From contig CABYGA010000004.1 of the NCBI GenBank assembly GCA_902518415.1, positions 1 to 55,359 on the forward strand: a DNA stretch of 55,359 nucleotides, read 5' to 3'. Positions within the stretch are counted from its first letter, which is position 1; each line of letters starts with the position of its first letter. Shown here in pieces: positions 1-10,257 of the stretch. This DNA is from an uncultured Pelagibacteraceae bacterium. Its GTDB lineage: Bacteria > Pseudomonadota > Alphaproteobacteria > Pelagibacterales > AG-422-B15. The notes under the pieces are model-generated. The model was not told where the DNA came from and did no database searches. It saw nothing but the letters and a program-made list of their open reading frames with translations. The position numbers were made by a program, and so were the translations under genes.

Positions 1-1
1 C

Positions 2-181
2 CTAGAGAGTGTCGATGAAAAGATACTTGGCTTAGTCGGCGTTTATGCAATTGAAGAGGAAGGCATAAAACTATTTGAGTACGTCGGCAGTGATTTGTTT
101 TCAATACAAGGAATATCAATGATACCATTAACTCAATTTTTATGGGACAACGGGCTGTTGTTTAAAAATAATGGCCATTGA
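2..181 (+). CDS. maf: Maf-family nucleotide pyrophosphatase, 3' fragment (runs off window start)
   Basis: Hand translation of frame 2: LESVDEKILGLVGVYAIEEEGIKLFEYVGSDLFSIQGISMIPLTQFLWDNGLLFKNNGH*, resembling the Maf C-terminus; fits maf-aroE-coaE-dnaQ synteny. Not in the ORF track. Confidence 0.8.
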   Translation, partial: LESVDEKILGLVGVYAIEEEGIKLFEYVGSDLFSIQGISMIPLTQFLWDNGLLFKNNGH

Positions 182-998
182 TAAAACGGCAGTTATAGGA
201 TTCCCAGTCGATCACAGCCTTTCACCAACTATTCACAACCACTGGATTAAAGAACTGGCGCTGGACATAAAGCCATATGAAAAACTTAATGTAGATCCAA
301 ACACGTTTGTAGAGCAGATGAATAACTTAAAGGCTGAAGGCTTTGGGGGAATAAATGTTACAGTCCCACTCAAAGAGCTTGCGTTCAATATTAGCGATGA
401 AACATCTAACGTTTCAAAAAAACTCAGGTCAGCCAATACTCTTACCCTAAGTTCTGACAAAATAAATGCTGACAATACTGACGCCGTTGGTTTTATTAAT
501 TCTTTAGATAAGAAAACAATAGAAGAAAATATTACTAACAAAAAGACACTTGTTCTTGGCGCCGGGGGCTCCGCCAGGTCCGTCGTTCATGCGTTAAACG
601 AATTGGGAAGCCAGGTGAGATTGTTTAACAGAACACCTGAAAAAGCAGCGATTTTGCTTGATGATTTATCAATAAACTCGAGTCCCGTAAGTACAGAAGA
701 GCTCGATGATTACGCTAACTCCTCATCATTCATTGTTAACACAACTAGCCTTGGGCAAAAAAAAGGAGAGCGTAATAATATTTTGAGTTTTGAAAATATA
801 GGAATGGAAACATTTATTTATGATTTAATTTATAACCCTAAGCGATCCAGTTTTTTAGAACAAGCGGAAGCAAAAGGTTTAAAAGTTCAAAATGGATTAC
901 GCATGTTAATTGAACAAGCAGCTTGCTCTTTTCAGATATGGCATGAAATTAAAGTGGGTGTTAGTGACGAATTAATGTCACTATTGGAGAGTGTGTAA
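171..998 (+). CDS. aroE: Shikimate dehydrogenase
   Basis: HSLSP, NVTVPLK, NTD, GAGGSAR, DLIYNP, GLRMLIEQA motifs. Confidence 0.97.
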   Translation: MAIDKTAVIGFPVDHSLSPTIHNHWIKELALDIKPYEKLNVDPNTFVEQMNNLKAEGFGGINVTVPLKELAFNISDETSNVSKKLRSANTLTLSSDKINADNTDAVGFINSLDKKTIEENITNKKTLVLGAGGSARSVVHALNELGSQVRLFNRTPEKAAILLDDLSINSSPVSTEELDDYANSSSFIVNTTSLGQKKGERNNILSFENIGMETFIYDLIYNPKRSSFLEQAEAKGLKVQNGLRMLIEQAACSFQIWHEIKVGVSDELMSLLESV

Positions 999-1621
999 TG
1001 TTGTTAATAGGTGTAACAGGATCCATTGGCATGGGAAAGTCTACAGTCGCTAAGATGTTTACCGAGTATGGTTTTGGTCTCTACAATGCAGATGACACTG
1101 TTCACTATATTTATGAAAACGATGAAGAAGTAATTAATAAAATTGAAGAGTCTTTTCCTGGAACTAAATCAGAGGGAAAAGTAAATCGAATTGCGCTTAG
1201 AGACATACTTAATAAAGAACCTGAGAAGTTTAGAGATCTTGAAAAAATTGTTCATCCAGCCACTAGACGGTATCAAATCGTATACATTGAGAAATTAATA
1301 AGCGAAGATAGCCCAGGATGTATTCTGGATATTCCTTTATTATTTGAAACAGGTGGAGAAAAGTATATCGATGTTTCAGTTGTGGTGACAGCATCCGAAG
1401 ATAAGCAAAAAGAAAGAGTGGTCGCAGAAAGAAAGGTGCCTTTAGAAATTTTTAACTCGATAAAGAATCAACAAATGCCAGACCGAGAGAAATTAAAGAA
1501 AGCAGACTACATAATCTCAACAGATCAAACTTTAGATGAGACAAAACTCGAAGTAAAAGATGTTGTATCTAAAATAAAATTGATTAATCCTAAGGCATGG
1601 AAAGCCTTCTATAAGAAATGA
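998..1621 (+). CDS. coaE: Dephospho-CoA kinase
   Basis: GSIGMGKST P-loop, LE..VHP, DIPLLFE; TAATG coupling to aroE. Confidence 0.97.
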   Translation: MLLIGVTGSIGMGKSTVAKMFTEYGFGLYNADDTVHYIYENDEEVINKIEESFPGTKSEGKVNRIALRDILNKEPEKFRDLEKIVHPATRRYQIVYIEKLISEDSPGCILDIPLLFETGGEKYIDVSVVVTASEDKQKERVVAERKVPLEIFNSIKNQQMPDREKLKKADYIISTDQTLDETKLEVKDVVSKIKLINPKAWKAFYKK

Positions 1622-2316
1622 GAGAAATCGTTCTAGATACAGAAACTACAGGTCTGAGACCTTCTGAGGGCCATAGAGTGATTGAAATTGCAGCCATTGA
1701 ATTGGTTGATTTTTTGCCGACAGGTAGGGTTTATCAACAATATATCAACCCAATGAGGGACGTTCCAGAAGCCTCTTTTAAAGTTCATGGACTGAGTTAT
1801 GAGTTTTTAAAAGATAAGCCGTTGTTTGAAAAAATTGCTGACGATTTTCTCGACTTTGTTGGACAAGATACGATCATTGCGCACAATGTTGATTTTGACA
1901 TCGGCTTTTTAAACCATGAACTTAGCGAATGCGGGAAAGAAAGTATCAAAAATAAAAAAGTGGATACTGTTTCTATTGCAAGAGAAAAGTTTCCTGGTCA
2001 AAGCGTGTCGCTAGATGCTTTATGTAAGAGATTTTCCATCGATAATAAAGAGAGAGAAATACACTCAGCTACAATTGACACGGAACTACTTGCAAGAGTT
2101 TACATAGAACTCATGGATGCCCGTGAGCTGAGTCTTGATCTAAACGTTAACAATCAACATGCTAGTTCTGAGTCAAATTTTGATATTCAAAAGATTCAAA
2201 ATAGAGAACTCGCTACAAGACTAACAGACGACGATAAAGAATTGCACAAAGCTTTTGTTGAGACACTTGGTGAAAACTCCATTTGGAAGAAAAAAGAGCA
2301 ATATAATAATGAATGA
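1618..2316 (+). CDS. dnaQ: DNA polymerase III epsilon subunit
   Basis: ExoI LDTETTG, ExoII HNVDFD, ExoIII H.A..D..LLA.VY. Confidence 0.97.
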   Translation: MREIVLDTETTGLRPSEGHRVIEIAAIELVDFLPTGRVYQQYINPMRDVPEASFKVHGLSYEFLKDKPLFEKIADDFLDFVGQDTIIAHNVDFDIGFLNHELSECGKESIKNKKVDTVSIAREKFPGQSVSLDALCKRFSIDNKEREIHSATIDTELLARVYIELMDARELSLDLNVNNQHASSESNFDIQKIQNRELATRLTDDDKELHKAFVETLGENSIWKKKEQYNNE

Positions 2317-3133
2317 TTATCAAAACTATAAAATTAATCACACATTATCAAATACGAATGAAAGCAAGCAACCATTAATACCAGCAGCAACTGTTTTACT
2401 GGTTAGAGATCATAATTCTAAAATAGAAGTTTTTATGATCAAACGTGCTATGAAAACAAACTTTGGGGGAGCATGGGTATTTCCTGGAGGAAAAGTAGAT
2501 AGCAGTGATGATATTAAAAATATAAGCAAGTACAGCCCATTATTAAATGACGAAGAGGCCTCTAAAAGACTTGATATTAAATCTGGCGGATTAATCTACT
2601 GGATTGCTTGCATAAGAGAATGTTTTGAAGAGAGTGGAATACTTCTTGCCGACAACGAAAAAAGAAAAATAAGTCTAGGCAGTCTCACCGTAACTGAATT
2701 AGATAATATCAATCAATACAAAAAGAAATTGCTCAATGGAAAAGATGTCTTCTTAGAATTAATTGAAAAATTTGATTTAACATTATCTACCAATGAAATA
2801 GCTTATATTTCTCATTGGGTTACGCCAAAGATTGAAAAAAGAAGATACAGTACAAGATTTTTTATTGCTCGCTGTCCCAACCAACTTGCTAGTCATGATG
2901 GTGTAGAGGGGGTTGAAAGTCGTTGGCTGGAGCCCAAAGTTGCACTTGATTTATACAAGGCTGGAGAGTTTCCAATGATTATGCCAACAATAAAAAATCT
3001 TGAATTGATTAAAGACTTTCAAAATACGCAAACACTTCTACTTTCAATGAATGATAAATCGATTACTGACATCCCAAAAGTCGAACCTGTGTTTGATGTT
3101 GTGGATGGTAAACCTAAACTTATAAGTTATTAA
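2309..3133 (+). CDS. NUDIX hydrolase, NUDT19-like (putative acyl-CoA diphosphatase)
   Basis: AATVLL, split Nudix box FPGGKVD...RECFEESG, HWVTP...RRYSTRFF. ATG 2309 preferred over the track's TTG 2255, which lies deep inside dnaQ. Confidence 0.85.
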   Translation: MNDYQNYKINHTLSNTNESKQPLIPAATVLLVRDHNSKIEVFMIKRAMKTNFGGAWVFPGGKVDSSDDIKNISKYSPLLNDEEASKRLDIKSGGLIYWIACIRECFEESGILLADNEKRKISLGSLTVTELDNINQYKKKLLNGKDVFLELIEKFDLTLSTNEIAYISHWVTPKIEKRRYSTRFFIARCPNQLASHDGVEGVESRWLEPKVALDLYKAGEFPMIMPTIKNLELIKDFQNTQTLLLSMNDKSITDIPKVEPVFDVVDGKPKLISY

Positions 3134-3552
3134 TTTGTCTTTTTTCTTTTTTCATAAAGATCAGCAAAATTAACAGGGTCAAGCATTAGAGGAGGCAAAG
3201 ATCCATCTGCATGCATATCGTATACAATGCGCCTTGCGAAAGGAAACAGTTGTCTTGGACATTCAACCAACAAATAAGCTTCCTTTATGTCTTCTGTAAG
3301 ATTAGTAATTTCAAATAAACCAACGTATTTTAAATCAATAATATAAACATTTTTATCTTCACGCTTAGCGCTTATATTAATGTTTAACTCAACTTCATAA
3401 ATATCAGTATCTTTTCTATTAGTAGCTTTTACATCTACATTTGCATTGATGGCAGGCCTTTCACTTCCTTGCTGAAATGCACCAGGTCCCATAGGGTTCT
3501 CAAATGATAAGTCTTTTACAAATTGTGTTATTATTTTTGCAGATACATCCAT
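3130..3552 (-). CDS. secB: Protein-export chaperone SecB
   Basis: QFVKDLSFENP, ECPRQLFPFAR, PPLMLDPVNF. Confidence 0.97.
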   Translation of the reverse strand: MDVSAKIITQFVKDLSFENPMGPGAFQQGSERPAINANVDVKATNRKDTDIYEVELNINISAKREDKNVYIIDLKYVGLFEITNLTEDIKEAYLLVECPRQLFPFARRIVYDMHADGSLPPLMLDPVNFADLYEKRKKTN

Positions 3553-3995
3553 TATTTTATTTTATCCTCATCATCATTAATTTCTTCAAAGTCTCCTTCA
3601 ATTGACACATCATTTGGATTTTGATTTTTCATACCATATCTAGAAAGAACAGAGTTTGCCACTATCTTTATGAAAATAACTCTGGTAAGTGGAATGAGTC
3701 CAAGGAACCCTAATGTGTCTGTGAAAAAGCCTGGAGTGATTAGCAAAATTCCAGATATTAATATCACCAATCCTTCAAACATAGTTTGAATTGGTGCTTC
3801 TTGATTTTGGAGTTGGTTATATAACTTATAATAGGTACTGATGCCTTGTTGTCTTACAAAATAAACTCCGATCAATGCTGTTGTAAAAATTAGTAAGATT
3901 GTATTAAATGAGCCAACAAAACTGCCGATTTCAATGAAAAGACTAATCTCAATGACAGGAATTAAGACAAATATAATGAGTAATAATATGAACAA
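3552..3995 (-). CDS. fxsA: FxsA family membrane protein
   Basis: P..EI.LFI.IG, LLITPGFFTD.LG, C-terminal IEGDFEE; TTG start. Confidence 0.92.
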   Translation of the reverse strand: MFILLLIIFVLIPVIEISLFIEIGSFVGSFNTILLIFTTALIGVYFVRQQGISTYYKLYNQLQNQEAPIQTMFEGLVILISGILLITPGFFTDTLGFLGLIPLTRVIFIKIVANSVLSRYGMKNQNPNDVSIEGDFEEINDDEDKIK

Positions 3996-4008
3996 AATAG
4001 CTATAAAT

Positions 4009-4036
4009 GTTGAAACTTTAGTTTAAATACCTAAAT
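4009..4036 (+). promoter_or_regulatory. Putative RpoH (sigma32) promoter of the Tim44/TimA gene
   Basis: GTTGAA-N15-CCTAAAT versus alphaproteobacterial consensus CTTGAA-N15/16-CCTATAT. Confidence 0.55.
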
Positions 4037-4060
4037 AAGGATCTTATAATATTAGTACAT

Positions 4061-4675
4061 ATGAGTGAAGCATTTCAATACCTAGATATATTAATACTAG
4101 CCATTATAGCTGGCATAGTTTTATTACGTTTAAGAAGTGTCCTAGGAAGACGAACAGGTCATGAGAAAACTGATAAATCTTCCTTCAATTACGAAACTCC
4201 TCAACAAGCTCAAACTGAGAAGGTTATAGAAATCAAGCCTAAGGGTGATGTACCAAGCAGAGAAGATGGCTGGTTTGACAAGGATGATTTTCTTAAAGGT
4301 GCATCAAATGCTTATGAGACTATTGTTACTAATTTTGAAAACGGCAACAAGGAAGCTTTAAAGCCTCTTTTATCAAGTGATGTCATGGATAGCTTTTCTT
4401 CTGTCATCGATGATCGTAATAACAAAAATGAATCAGTAGAATTTAATTTTATTGGAATTGAAAAGTCCGAAATTGTTCATAAAGATTTAAAGAAGAATCC
4501 TATGGAAGTTAGTGTGAGATTCATCTCTGAAATGATTACGTGTATAAAGAACAGCAAAGATGAAGTTATTTCAGGAAGTTTGAATCAAGTTCAAAAAATC
4601 ACTGATGTTTGGACTTTTGAAAAAAATCAAAAATCAAAAGGTTCTAATTGGCTACTAGCAGCAACTACTGACTAA
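4061..4675 (+). CDS. timA: Tim44/TimA family inner-membrane protein
   Basis: N-terminal TM followed by RLRSVLGRRTGHE; FL.GA..AY, DVWTF, W.L.AT. Confidence 0.92.
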   Translation: MSEAFQYLDILILAIIAGIVLLRLRSVLGRRTGHEKTDKSSFNYETPQQAQTEKVIEIKPKGDVPSREDGWFDKDDFLKGASNAYETIVTNFENGNKEALKPLLSSDVMDSFSSVIDDRNNKNESVEFNFIGIEKSEIVHKDLKKNPMEVSVRFISEMITCIKNSKDEVISGSLNQVQKITDVWTFEKNQKSKGSNWLLAATTD

Positions 4676-5100
4676 TCTAATAAATATTTACTAAACTTAT
4701 TTTTTAAATCTTCTGGAATAGATGTTGGCTTCATTTCATCTTGATTGGTGTTTACCCATATAATTTCGGCTTCATTAATCAATTCATCAGACCCATCTCT
4801 ATATATTTCTTGCGTAAACGTGATACTTGAATTTCCAATTTTCTTAATTGCAGTAAAAATATTAACTTCATCATTTAATCTTGCTGGATTTTTAAAATTT
4901 AATTGAGCCGCGACTGTATGAAATTCATTATTAGTTTCCTTAATATATTCTTCTTGATCAAATAAACTATCAAGCATCTCACTTAAGGAAATGTCATAAT
5001 AAGTTAGGTAGTGAGAGTTATAAACAATATTCTGTCTATCAACTTCTGAATATCGTACTTTCAATTTACTGATATATGTTGTTTTTTCTTTTAAAGACAT
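4672..5100 (-). CDS. Acyl-CoA thioesterase (YbgC/FadM hot-dog family)
   Basis: VRYSEVD.Q.IVYNSHYL.Y motif; IGNSS. Confidence 0.88.
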   Translation of the reverse strand: MSLKEKTTYISKLKVRYSEVDRQNIVYNSHYLTYYDISLSEMLDSLFDQEEYIKETNNEFHTVAAQLNFKNPARLNDEVNIFTAIKKIGNSSITFTQEIYRDGSDELINEAEIIWVNTNQDEMKPTSIPEDLKNKFSKYLLD

Positions 5101-5103
5101 TGC

Positions 5104-6408
5104 TTAAAGAATGAATTTAGATAAATCTGTGTCTCTAGATAGTTCGCTAACATTACTTTTCACATACTCTGCATCTATTGTGATATTTTCTCCACCTTTG
5201 TCGGCTGCAGAAAAACTAATATCTTCTAAAACTCTTTCAAGAATTGTATGAAGTCTTCGTGCCCCGATATTTTCAATTGTTGAATTTATATCAACAGCAA
5301 GAGTTGCAATGGCGTCAATTCCATCCTTACTGAAGTTGATTTTGACATTCTCAGTTCCCAATAAAGCTTCATATTGTTTAATCAAACTATACTTCGGTTC
5401 AGTAAGTATACGTTTAAAGTCCTCTTGCGTTAATGCTTTTAAGCTTACTCTTATCGGTAGCCTTCCTTGCAGTTCGGGCAGTAAATCCGATGGTTTTGAT
5501 AGTTGAAAAGCGCCTGAAGCGATAAACAGTATATGATCTGTTTTTATAGTCCCATGCTTTGTATTAACGGTTGTGCCTTCAATTAGTGGAAGAAGATCTC
5601 TCTGAACACCCTCTCGAGATACATCACCACCTACTCTCTCACTGCGTGCGCAGACTTTATCTATTTCATCAATGAAAACGATACCATTATCTTCGACTGC
5701 TTTTTTTGCCTCATTTACGATTTGGTCTGTATCAATAAGTTTATCAGACTCTTCATTTACAAGTGTTTCGTATGAGTCTTCTACAGTCATTTTCTTCTTT
5801 TTTGTCTTTGGACCCATTGCTTTACCTAGCATATCATTGAGATTAATCATACCAACACCAGCTCCTTGTCCTCCTTGCAAATCAATTGTAGGAAACGATC
5901 CAGTATCTTGAACTGATACTTCGATTTCTTTTTCTTCAAGCTCTCCGTTCCTTAATTTTTTTCTAAAACTTTCACGCGTAGTAGGTCCAGCGCCAGGACC
6001 AACTAATGAGTCCAACACTCGTTCCTCAGCTGCTAGTTGTGCCTTAGCTTTAACTTCTTTTCTTTTAATCTCACGCACCATAGTGATGGCAATTTCAATT
6101 AAATCACGAACAATAGACTCAACATCTCTTCCAACGTAACCAACTTCGGTAAACTTTGTTGCTTCAACTTTCATAAAAGGGGCTTGAGCTAGTTTTGAAA
6201 GTCTTCTAGAGATTTCTGTTTTACCAATACCAGTCGGTCCAATCATTAAAATATTTTTTGGAAGAACTTCTTCTCTCATATCTTCGGGAAGTTGTTGTCT
6301 TCTCCACCGGTTTCTTAGTGCAATAGCAACTGACTTCTTGGCATCATCCTGACCAATAATATATCTATCCAGTTCAGAGACTATTTCTCGAGGTGAAAAT
6401 GCTTGCAT
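5104..6408 (-). CDS. hslU: ATP-dependent protease ATPase subunit HslU
   Basis: [41 protein letters not shown]-terminus. Confidence 0.99.
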   Translation of the reverse strand: MQAFSPREIVSELDRYIIGQDDAKKSVAIALRNRWRRQQLPEDMREEVLPKNILMIGPTGIGKTEISRRLSKLAQAPFMKVEATKFTEVGYVGRDVESIVRDLIEIAITMVREIKRKEVKAKAQLAAEERVLDSLVGPGAGPTTRESFRKKLRNGELEEKEIEVSVQDTGSFPTIDLQGGQGAGVGMINLNDMLGKAMGPKTKKKKMTVEDSYETLVNEESDKLIDTDQIVNEAKKAVEDNGIVFIDEIDKVCARSERVGGDVSREGVQRDLLPLIEGTTVNTKHGTIKTDHILFIASGAFQLSKPSDLLPELQGRLPIRVSLKALTQEDFKRILTEPKYSLIKQYEALLGTENVKINFSKDGIDAIATLAVDINSTIENIGARRLHTILERVLEDISFSAADKGGENITIDAEYVKSNVSELSRDTDLSKFIL

Positions 6409-6410
6409 GA

Positions 6411-6962
6411 TTAATATTCTATTTTTTCTAGAGTAATATTGTTATTGGTGAAAACACAAATTTCTCCTGCAATCTTAAGTGACTTCAAAGCAATTTCCTC
6501 AGCGGTTAAATCACTATCGATAAGTGCTTTTGCTGCAGACAATGCATAGTTACCGCCACTTCCGATGCCAATGATAGATCCCTCAGGATCTAATACGTCA
6601 CCCATTCCAGTAATAAGCAATGAGGTAGATGAGTCAGCAACAGTCAGTAGTGCTTCCAGCCTTCTAAGATATTTGTCAGTTCTCCAATCTTTAGCAAGCT
6701 CAACACACGCTCTTGTTAATTGTTTTGGGTGCTTTTCTAATTTTGCTTCTAGTCTTTCAAATAAGGTAAATGCGTCGGCGGTTGCTCCTGCGAAGCCAGC
6801 AATGACACTTCCGTCTCCAATTTTTCTCACTTTTTGGGCTGTACCTTTAATTACAGTATTGCCTAAACTTACCTGCCCATCTCCAGCAACGACTACTTGA
6901 TTGCCCTTTCGAACACTGATGATTGTAGTCCCGTGCCATGATGTACTTTGTTGATTTTCCAT
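6411..6962 (-). CDS. hslV: ATP-dependent protease peptidase subunit HslV
   Basis: Short propeptide then HG|TTI (catalytic Thr), [24 protein letters not shown]. Confidence 0.99.
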   Translation of the reverse strand: MENQQSTSWHGTTIISVRKGNQVVVAGDGQVSLGNTVIKGTAQKVRKIGDGSVIAGFAGATADAFTLFERLEAKLEKHPKQLTRACVELAKDWRTDKYLRRLEALLTVADSSTSLLITGMGDVLDPEGSIIGIGSGGNYALSAAKALIDSDLTAEEIALKSLKIAGEICVFTNNNITLEKIEY

Positions 6963-6970
6963 TATTCATG

Positions 6971-7000
6971 ATATGTGGCTATTTATTTGATAACTTCAAG
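6971..7000 (-). promoter_or_regulatory. Putative RpoH promoter of hslVU
   Basis: Minus strand CTTGAA-N16-CCACATAT, ending 8 nt before the hslV ATG. Confidence 0.7.
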
Positions 7001-7076
7001 GCTATTTATTGCTCAAAAATTATATTTTTTATAGATAAATCAGTAATTTATTGATAAAAACCGAGTGGATTTTGAT

Positions 7077-7676
7077 ATGAGAACTGCAAATTATAAAAGA
7101 GAGACAAAAGAAACTTCCATTAACGTTGAAATCAATATTGATGGCACAGGTTCGTATAATGTGAAAACTGGAATAGGTTTCCTTGACCACATGTTGGAAC
7201 AATTTTCAAAGCATTCGTTAATCGACATGAACGTTAAGGCTACAGGTGATACACATATTGATTACCACCACACAACAGAAGACACTGGTATTGCAATAGG
7301 GGAATGCTTGTCAAAAGCGTTAGGTAATAGACAAGGCATTAATCGTTACGCTCACTCTTACATACCAATGGATGAAACACTTTCAAGAGTTGCTCTTGAT
7401 CTTTCAAATCGTCCTTACTTAATATGGAATGTAAAATTTAGTGCTCCTAAAATTACTTCTTCACAAGGTGATTTTGATACAGAGCTTTTTAAAGAATGGT
7501 TTCAGGCATTTGCGCAGGCAAGTGGAACGACCCTACATGTTGAGAATATTTATGGAGAAAATAATCACCACATCATTGAGTCATGCTTTAAAGCCCTTGC
7601 ACGAAGCTTAAGATTAGCAGTTCAAGTAAATGAACGTGAGGGCAACATAGTACCTTCTACAAAAGGTCAACTATAA
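7077..7676 (+). CDS. hisB: Imidazoleglycerol-phosphate dehydratase
   Basis: RETKET, DHML, D.HH..ED, NNHH..E, PSTKG; ATG 7077 preferred over GTG 7065. Confidence 0.98.
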   Translation: MRTANYKRETKETSINVEINIDGTGSYNVKTGIGFLDHMLEQFSKHSLIDMNVKATGDTHIDYHHTTEDTGIAIGECLSKALGNRQGINRYAHSYIPMDETLSRVALDLSNRPYLIWNVKFSAPKITSSQGDFDTELFKEWFQAFAQASGTTLHVENIYGENNHHIIESCFKALARSLRLAVQVNEREGNIVPSTKGQL

Positions 7677-7678
7677 TT

Positions 7679-8140
7679 ATGCTTAAAGAAGGTCAAAAAC
7701 TTCCATCCTTTAAGCTTAATAACCAAAAGGGTGATGCAGTTAAACTACCAGCTAAAGATATGACCCTTATTTATTTTTACCCAAAAGCCGATACTCCAGG
7801 CTGCACAAAGGAATCTTGTGAATTCCAAAGTAATTTAAAAAAATTCAACAAGTTTGAGACCACGGTTTTTGGAATTTCAAAAGACTCTGTTCAACGTCAA
7901 AGTAAATTCGCCGAAAAATATAAATTAAAATTTAATCTTCTTTCTGATGAGAGTGAAAAAATTTGCGAAAAATTTGGAGTTTGGGTTAATAAAAGTATGT
8001 ATGGACGAACCTATAAGGGAATTGAAAGATCAACTTTTCTTGTGGGCAAAAATGGCAAGATCCTAAAAATATGGCGAAAAGTAAAAGTTAATAATCATGT
8101 CGAGGAAGTTTTAGATACTATTAAAGAATTCAGTAAATGA
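7679..8140 (+). CDS. bcp: Peroxiredoxin Bcp/PrxQ
   Basis: YFYPKADTPGCTKESC (Cp-x4-Cr), ERSTF. Confidence 0.96.
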   Translation: MLKEGQKLPSFKLNNQKGDAVKLPAKDMTLIYFYPKADTPGCTKESCEFQSNLKKFNKFETTVFGISKDSVQRQSKFAEKYKLKFNLLSDESEKICEKFGVWVNKSMYGRTYKGIERSTFLVGKNGKILKIWRKVKVNNHVEEVLDTIKEFSK

Positions 8141-8772
8141 ATCTAGCTATAATAAATTTCGGTTCAGGAAATTTACATTCTGTTCATAAAGCTTTTGAAA
8201 GCGTAAGCTCAGATTTAAGCAATCCTTACAATATTATTGTGACCAATGATCCTAAAGAGATTCAGTCAGCCGATAAGATTGTGTTGCCTGGAGTAGGTGC
8301 TTTCGGTGATTGTAAAAATGCAATTTTAAACATAGAAGGTTTGCATGCATCACTTGAAGTTTCGGTTATAAAAAACAAAGTCCCTTTTATGGGGATATGC
8401 GTGGGTATGCAGTTGCTGGCTGATCTATCATATGAGTTTGGTACACACTCAGGCTTTGGTTGGATACCAGGTGAAGTAAGAAGAATTACATCTCCTAAAG
8501 AATATAAGATCCCTCACATGGGATGGAATGAGATTGCGTTTTCAGACCACAAGTTATTTGATAATTGTGAGCAAGGGTCAGATTTTTATTTTGTTCACAG
8601 TTTTTATTTTCAGAATCAAAAAAATGAACATTCTATAGCTACGACTAAATACCCTGATCAAATTACGGCGGCAGTTTGCAAGGAAAATATATGTGGTACA
8701 CAATTTCATCCTGAAAAAAGCCATATAAATGGAAAAAAAATAATTCATAACTTTTTAGAGTGGAAGCCATAA
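8137..8772 (+). CDS. hisH: Imidazole glycerol phosphate synthase glutaminase subunit
   Basis: GSGNL.SV, LPGVGAF, GICVGMQ, PHMGWN, QFHPEKS. Confidence 0.98.
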   Translation: MNLAIINFGSGNLHSVHKAFESVSSDLSNPYNIIVTNDPKEIQSADKIVLPGVGAFGDCKNAILNIEGLHASLEVSVIKNKVPFMGICVGMQLLADLSYEFGTHSGFGWIPGEVRRITSPKEYKIPHMGWNEIAFSDHKLFDNCEQGSDFYFVHSFYFQNQKNEHSIATTKYPDQITAAVCKENICGTQFHPEKSHINGKKIIHNFLEWKP

Positions 8773-9497
8773 TGATCTTATTTCCCGCTATTGATTTGAA
8801 AGATGGTAAATGTGTACGCCTTGTCCAGGGCGATTTTAATAAATCTACTACTTATAATAATTCACCCTTAGATCAGGCTAAGTTATTTGAAGATCTAGGG
8901 ATAAGTTGGCTTCATTGTGTAGATTTAGATGGAGCTTTGGCGGGTCAATCAGAAAATGTAAAGTCAATTGAAGAGATTGCGTCAAAAACAAATTTGAAAT
9001 TGCAATTTGGTGGAGGTATTCGAAATATAAAATCAGTTGAAACCTTAATCAATATTGGCATACAAAATGTAATACTTGGAACAGCAGCATTTGAAGATTA
9101 TGAATTATTTCAAACTGCTATTCAGAAATATCCAAACAAAATGTCTATTGCACTAGACATTAAAAATGAGCAAGTCGCTCTTCGTGGTTGGAGAGAAGTT
9201 AAGTCAATTAATCTCGCGAAATTTTTACTATCGATTGAAGGTTTAAAAATAAATTCAATTATATGTACAGACGTGATGAGAGATGGAATGAAAAAAGGAA
9301 TTAACTTTGATATGCTGGAGAATGTCATGAAAATGACGAGCTTTTTGTGTGTTGCTTCAGGCGGCGTATCGTCAATTGATGATATAAAAAATATCAAAGG
9401 TAAAAACTATTCTCAAATGAAAGGTGTCATTGTTGGTAAAGCAATTTATGACAAAAACATTGATATTAAAGACGCATTAAAAATATTAAGTAAATAA
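8772..9497 (+). CDS. hisA: ProFAR isomerase
   Basis: [34 protein letters not shown]; TAATG-coupled start at 8772. Confidence 0.98.
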   Translation: MILFPAIDLKDGKCVRLVQGDFNKSTTYNNSPLDQAKLFEDLGISWLHCVDLDGALAGQSENVKSIEEIASKTNLKLQFGGGIRNIKSVETLINIGIQNVILGTAAFEDYELFQTAIQKYPNKMSIALDIKNEQVALRGWREVKSINLAKFLLSIEGLKINSIICTDVMRDGMKKGINFDMLENVMKMTSFLCVASGGVSSIDDIKNIKGKNYSQMKGVIVGKAIYDKNIDIKDALKILSK

Positions 9498-10255
9498 TGT
9501 TAAAAAAAAGAATTATACCCTGTTTAGATGTTGATAACGGCAGAGTTGTTAAAGGGGTTAATTTTATTGATCTAGTTGATGCAGGAGATCCAGTAGAACA
9601 AGCTATAATCTATAATGCTGAAGGAGCTGACGAGCTTTGTTTTTTAGATATTACTGCGTCAAGTGATAACAGAGACACATTGCTAGAGGTGGTAAAAAAA
9701 ACAGCTGAGAATTGTTTCATACCTCTTACTGTAGGTGGAGGTGTCAGGAATTTGGATGACATTTCACGTTTACTTCATTTTGGAGCAGATAAAGTTTCAA
9801 TAAATACAGCGGCAGTTGATAATATTGATTTAGTAGCTGAGGCTGCAAACAAGTATGGTTCATCAACAATCGTGATCGCTGTAGACGCAAAAGAAACCGC
9901 TGAAAATCAATGGAAAGTATTCACTCATGGTGGGAGAAAAGAAACCAACATTGATGTTGTTACTTACTGCAATGAAGTGGCAAAACTAGGTGCTGGAGAA
10001 ATATTACTTACATCAATGGATAGAGATGGAACAAAAAGTGGGTTTGACAATAAACTATTAAAAGCTGTTACTTCAAAAGTTAATGTACCAGTTATTGCGT
10101 CAGGTGGGGTTGGCAACTTGAGTCATCTTCTCGATGGCATTCTTGAAGGGGAGGCAAGTGCATTACTGGCTGCTTCTATTTTTCACTTTGGTGAATACAG
10201 CATAGGTGAAGTTAAAAGATATCTTGCTGATAATAATATTCCAGTTAGGATCTAA
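9497..10255 (+). CDS. hisF: Imidazole glycerol phosphate synthase cyclase subunit
   Basis: [40 protein letters not shown]. Confidence 0.99.
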   Translation: MLKKRIIPCLDVDNGRVVKGVNFIDLVDAGDPVEQAIIYNAEGADELCFLDITASSDNRDTLLEVVKKTAENCFIPLTVGGGVRNLDDISRLLHFGADKVSINTAAVDNIDLVAEAANKYGSSTIVIAVDAKETAENQWKVFTHGGRKETNIDVVTYCNEVAKLGAGEILLTSMDRDGTKSGFDNKLLKAVTSKVNVPVIASGGVGNLSHLLDGILEGEASALLAASIFHFGEYSIGEVKRYLADNNIPVRI

Positions 10256-10257
10256 TC

